A stretch of 38,356 bases of DNA, taken from the IMG/VR virus record IMGVR_UViG_3300014613_000051, positions 1 through 38,356 of that record; one strand, 5' to 3'. Shown here piece after piece: positions 35,171-38,356 of the stretch (positions are counted from its first letter, which is position 1; every line of letters begins with the position of its first letter). This DNA comes from a virus (taxonomy: Duplodnaviria > Caudoviricetes). The notes beneath the pieces are model-generated. The model was not told the origin of the DNA. It searched no databases and saw nothing but the letters and a program-made list of their open reading frames with translations. The position numbers and the translations under genes are program-made.

Positions 35171-35839
35171 ATGGTTAAACCTGATGTTCAAACTGCGATA
35201 ATGGAATTAATCGATAAGATGGATGAAAACCAGTTATTATTCACATCTGTGGCTATTGATAGTATAGTGACCCCGGCCATCACTGCTAAGGCTGCTAATG
35301 ACCTTTCAATTAATGGTGCTACTGGTAAAGATGTTAAGATACTTTTAACTGATGCGAATGGTGCCCGTAAAATATTAGTGATTGATAGTGCAGAGGCTAC
35401 TGTGGCTTATATTGATAGTAATGGTGTGGTTAATGCTTCTGGTTTTGTTGGAAACTTAACCGGGAATGTTATAGGGGATTTAACTCCTACCGCTGATTTA
35501 GCAATCACTGCTGCATCGGCTAAAGATGTTATTGTTAAACTCGGTGATGCGGTTGGTGCTAAAAAACTTATAGTTAAAGACAGTGCTAATGCTGAACAGG
35601 CCAGTCTTAACAGTGATGGATTATTAACTGTGAAGAATATTGTTGGTAATCTTAAATTCGGTACTGCTGATACTAGTGGTGCTCCAACTGCTGCTGAGAT
35701 GGCAAGTGCTTTTGGTGCGGTTACTGGTCAGGCCGGGGCTGTTGGGGTATTCCTAGACTCTGGTGCTGAGGGTAAAACTTATCTATGTATTTGTGATGGT
35801 GTTGCTTGGCATACCATTGAAGGTACTGTTGGAGTATAA
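35171..35839 (+). CDS. Putative head decoration/fibre protein
   Basis: Ala/Gly/Val-rich with an internal duplication (GKDVKILLTDANGARKILVIDSA / AKDVIVKLGDAVGAKKLIVKDSA). Confidence 0.45.
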   Translation: MVKPDVQTAIMELIDKMDENQLLFTSVAIDSIVTPAITAKAANDLSINGATGKDVKILLTDANGARKILVIDSAEATVAYIDSNGVVNASGFVGNLTGNVIGDLTPTADLAITAASAKDVIVKLGDAVGAKKLIVKDSANAEQASLNSDGLLTVKNIVGNLKFGTADTSGAPTAAEMASAFGAVTGQAGAVGVFLDSGAEGKTYLCICDGVAWHTIEGTVGV

Positions 35840-35884
35840 AACCTTATCCTATTTTACTTATTTTTTTAAAGGAGGCACAATTTT

Positions 35885-36409
35885 ATGGCTGATAAATTAA
35901 TGGAATGGATAGGTGGATTACACGATGCCCTTGTAACTGTTGGAGATAAAATAGGTTTCAATGTAGTACCTGTGGACGAGAACGGGCCTCTTTTAACAGG
36001 GGATAATCCGGGTAGTGTGGTGTTAAGGGGTAACGATGGAAGTATTCAAGGGGGTACGGATAATCCTTTAAAAGCTGATATTGGTGCTTTGGATAAGGAT
36101 ATTGATGATATTACTGCTTATGTTAAAGTTCCGAGTGCGATTAGTGATGGTAATAAAACTGTTACTACTGCGGGAACCGCAGTTACATTAGTGGCTTCAA
36201 GTACGGCTTGTGAATATGTAACTATAACTGCATTACTTGGTAATACTGGACTTATTAGCGTTGGTGGGAGCACTACAACCCCATCCGGAACAGTTAGAGG
36301 AGATGTATTAGCTGCTGGAGATAGTACAGTTGTTTTAATTGATGATTTACAGAAAGTTTATATTAATAGTACTGTGAATAGTGAAGGCGTAAGTTACAGG
36401 TACGGGTGA
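35885..36409 (+). CDS. Putative virion structural protein
   Basis: Thr/Gly/Val-rich beta C-terminal domain, within the head cluster. Confidence 0.45.
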   Translation: MADKLMEWIGGLHDALVTVGDKIGFNVVPVDENGPLLTGDNPGSVVLRGNDGSIQGGTDNPLKADIGALDKDIDDITAYVKVPSAISDGNKTVTTAGTAVTLVASSTACEYVTITALLGNTGLISVGGSTTTPSGTVRGDVLAAGDSTVVLIDDLQKVYINSTVNSEGVSYRYG

Positions 36410-36415
36410 ATAAGT

Positions 36416-36931
36416 ATGTCCATACAAAAAGGATTAGGACAAAAAACAGTGCGTAAAAACCCTATTAATCCTAATTTATTAAGTGATAATCAAGCCACGT
36501 GTGGAAAAGCACTTGGAAACACTACTGGATACGCAGGAACAAACGGAACACTAACCTATGATAACACAAAAGGAAAAAATAGTAACGGGTGTCTGAAATT
36601 AGTTTGTAGTGGTGGAAATGCGTCTATTACTTCAACCACCATATCCGGGATTTTGCCAAGTACATATTATAGTTTCCAAGTTGAAGGAGATAGTCAAGTA
36701 GCGAGTAATAAAACACATAGAATTATTATAGCCTGGTACACTAGTGCAGATGTTTATATTAGTGAATCATTCGTGGATTACAACACAGCAAATGGATTTA
36801 GAACATTTTTTGTATCTGGGCAAAGCCCTGCTAATGCTGCGAAATGTCAAATATATTCTAGGATTATGAGTCCCGCCGTTGGGGACATAATCTGGCAAGA
36901 TATGGGCATACTACGAAAAGGGACGTATTAA
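36416..36931 (+). CDS. Carbohydrate-binding-module-like (jelly-roll) protein
   Basis: NLLSDN, PSTYYSF, IAWYTS and SPANAAK...IWQD pattern typical of CBM4/9-like domains. Confidence 0.55.
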   Translation: MSIQKGLGQKTVRKNPINPNLLSDNQATCGKALGNTTGYAGTNGTLTYDNTKGKNSNGCLKLVCSGGNASITSTTISGILPSTYYSFQVEGDSQVASNKTHRIIIAWYTSADVYISESFVDYNTANGFRTFFVSGQSPANAAKCQIYSRIMSPAVGDIIWQDMGILRKGTY

Positions 36932-36932
36932 T

Positions 36933-37739
36933 ATGATTGGTATTTGCATGAGATACGGTTCCAATCCAAATTATAATACACTAAAAAATAATGGCATCAC
37001 TGATATTTATTTTCAATTTGGAGGCCCTACCCTTAGAAGTACAGAAGAAACAAGAATAACTAATGCTTTGAATAATGCAAAAGATGCTGGTTTAAATTTC
37101 TGGTTATGGTTCGCACCATTCGACCACATAGGACAAAATTCAAGCCAATATGTTGATGGTGAATGGAAAACAAACCGTTTAAATGTACTAACTGATTTAG
37201 TAAACACTTTTGAAGTCGATGGAATAGTATTTGATGACTTCCTACCCTACAATAGCACACTAACAAACACTATAAAAAATGGTTTAAATAATTGGTTAAT
37301 CGATGCTAAAACTATCCTAAGCAATGGATTAAATCCTAATACTAAATTAGGGGCTTTTACATCAGTGAATGGTCAAACAAATGTAGAATCTGGAGGCGAC
37401 CATACCTATTTTTGCACTAACCTAGATTATGATTTCCCAATGACTTACAAATATTTAAGGAACCAAGATAGTCGGTGGATTCTTGAAGAAACTCGTAGAA
37501 TACGGAAATTAAATGAAACCGTTAATGGGGCTAAGGTTTTACCAGTTTTACAGAATTATATAGGAGATTTTGATACCCCACTTAGTGATTCAGAGTTCTT
37601 ACTTGATAGTAAACGAGCTTATAGTGCATCAAATAATAGTATAGGTTATAATATTTTTTTATATACTGATTCAATGCCAGATTTCGCTACAAATACTAGG
37701 ATTTATCCTAATAGGAATTATCCAGATAGAACATACTAA
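36933..37739 (+). CDS. Glycoside hydrolase-like TIM-barrel protein
   Basis: NGITDIYF, AKDAGLNFWLW, VDGIVFDD, LDYDFPMTY, VLPVLQNY and GYNIF follow the strand order of a GH (beta/alpha)8 barrel. Confidence 0.7.
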   Translation: MIGICMRYGSNPNYNTLKNNGITDIYFQFGGPTLRSTEETRITNALNNAKDAGLNFWLWFAPFDHIGQNSSQYVDGEWKTNRLNVLTDLVNTFEVDGIVFDDFLPYNSTLTNTIKNGLNNWLIDAKTILSNGLNPNTKLGAFTSVNGQTNVESGGDHTYFCTNLDYDFPMTYKYLRNQDSRWILEETRRIRKLNETVNGAKVLPVLQNYIGDFDTPLSDSEFLLDSKRAYSASNNSIGYNIFLYTDSMPDFATNTRIYPNRNYPDRTY

Positions 37740-37800
37740 TATTTTATTATTTTTTTTGATGATGAGGTGAAAAAATACTATGAACTATTACTAAAATTTA
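37740..37800 (+). terminator. T-rich archaeal-type terminator region
   Basis: Poly-T tracts directly after the GH gene. Confidence 0.4.
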
Positions 37801-37895
37801 TTTTATCAATTCATTTTTAATTCTTTTTTAAATTTAGATTATCCTTATTATTATTATTATTATGATTATTTTTTTTGGAGGTGAACAAAATAATT

Positions 37896-38342
37896 ATGAC
37901 TTATTATAGTACTCCTGCCCGGGTTATACGCGAAACCGGTATAATGACAGCGGATTTAGGATTCAAAGACATCACTGGTGGTGATACGGCAGATGAACAA
38001 TTGACTAATTATCTTGAAGAATTACTAATCGAAACCAAATCCATTATTGATAATGACCGAAACACCGACCTAATAACAGAATACGGAACACTCGAAGACA
38101 TACCACCATGCATAACCAGTATAGCAACCCGAATCTGTGTCAATATGGTGAACCGGGCAAAACTAAACAGACAATCCCCAATAATCAAAATCAACGATTA
38201 CAGCGTAAAACTAGTAGATAGCGAAATATTCACAAAACCACTAAAAGATGAATTAGAAATCTGTTTCAAAAGAACACTCACCAGGTCATCAGGATTCAGC
38301 ATCTTCAGAATACCCGGAGCATACGAAGAAGAAGAGGACTAA
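37896..38342 (+). CDS. Head-tail adaptor/connector protein
   Basis: MTYYSTPARV start after GGAGGTG; IPPCITSIATRIC motif; precedes the neck gene across the circular junction. Confidence 0.65.
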   Translation: MTYYSTPARVIRETGIMTADLGFKDITGGDTADEQLTNYLEELLIETKSIIDNDRNTDLITEYGTLEDIPPCITSIATRICVNMVNRAKLNRQSPIIKINDYSVKLVDSEIFTKPLKDELEICFKRTLTRSSGFSIFRIPGAYEEEED

Positions 38343-38356
38343 AAAATATGACTGGC
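38234..38356. repeat. Terminal direct repeat (copy 2)
   Basis: Identical to 1-123. Confidence 0.95.

Noticed and set aside
37846-37862. (TTA)n microsatellite
   Set aside because: Low-complexity AT-rich spacer like those near 3075 and 35140; no evidence of function.
38234-38356. Terminal repeat as a biological DTR or att site
   Set aside because: It is an exact 123-bp overlap cutting through coding sequence, which is best explained as assembler circularisation.

Overview
This window looks like a complete, circularly assembled genome of about 38.2 kb: bases 1-123 are identical to 38234-38356. It is a head-tail virus with a contractile tail (sheath, tube, baseplate wedge genes). The host is most likely a pseudomurein-walled methanogen (Methanobacteriales), inferred from a PeiW/PeiP-like transglutaminase-fold domain on the baseplate hub, a C39-family PeiR-like lysin, a TFIIB-type zinc-ribbon protein, DUF2080/AbrB regulators and archaeal TATA boxes. 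The modules are: neck/tail/baseplate (115-11550); a lysis cassette bracketed by two opposite-strand DUF2080 units (11.6-14.2 kb); tyrosine integrase and AbrB switch (14.4-16.4 kb); an early/replication region with SSB, Sak4-like ATPase, AAA+ helicase and about 16 Cys-rich microproteins (16.4-25.5 kb); a TFB-like gene, a structured non-coding region ending in a tRNA 3' fragment, and a metallophosphoesterase (25.6-27.6 kb); and packaging/head genes (28.8-38.3 kb). The best leads are two DUF2080-regulated units sharing an operator (Acr/Aca-like logic), three different predicted wall-degrading enzymes including a glycoside hydrolase, a tRNA-fragment/repeat locus far from the integrase, and a saw-tooth A+C versus G+T skew. 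All product calls rest on motifs and gene order read by eye; no database search was run.
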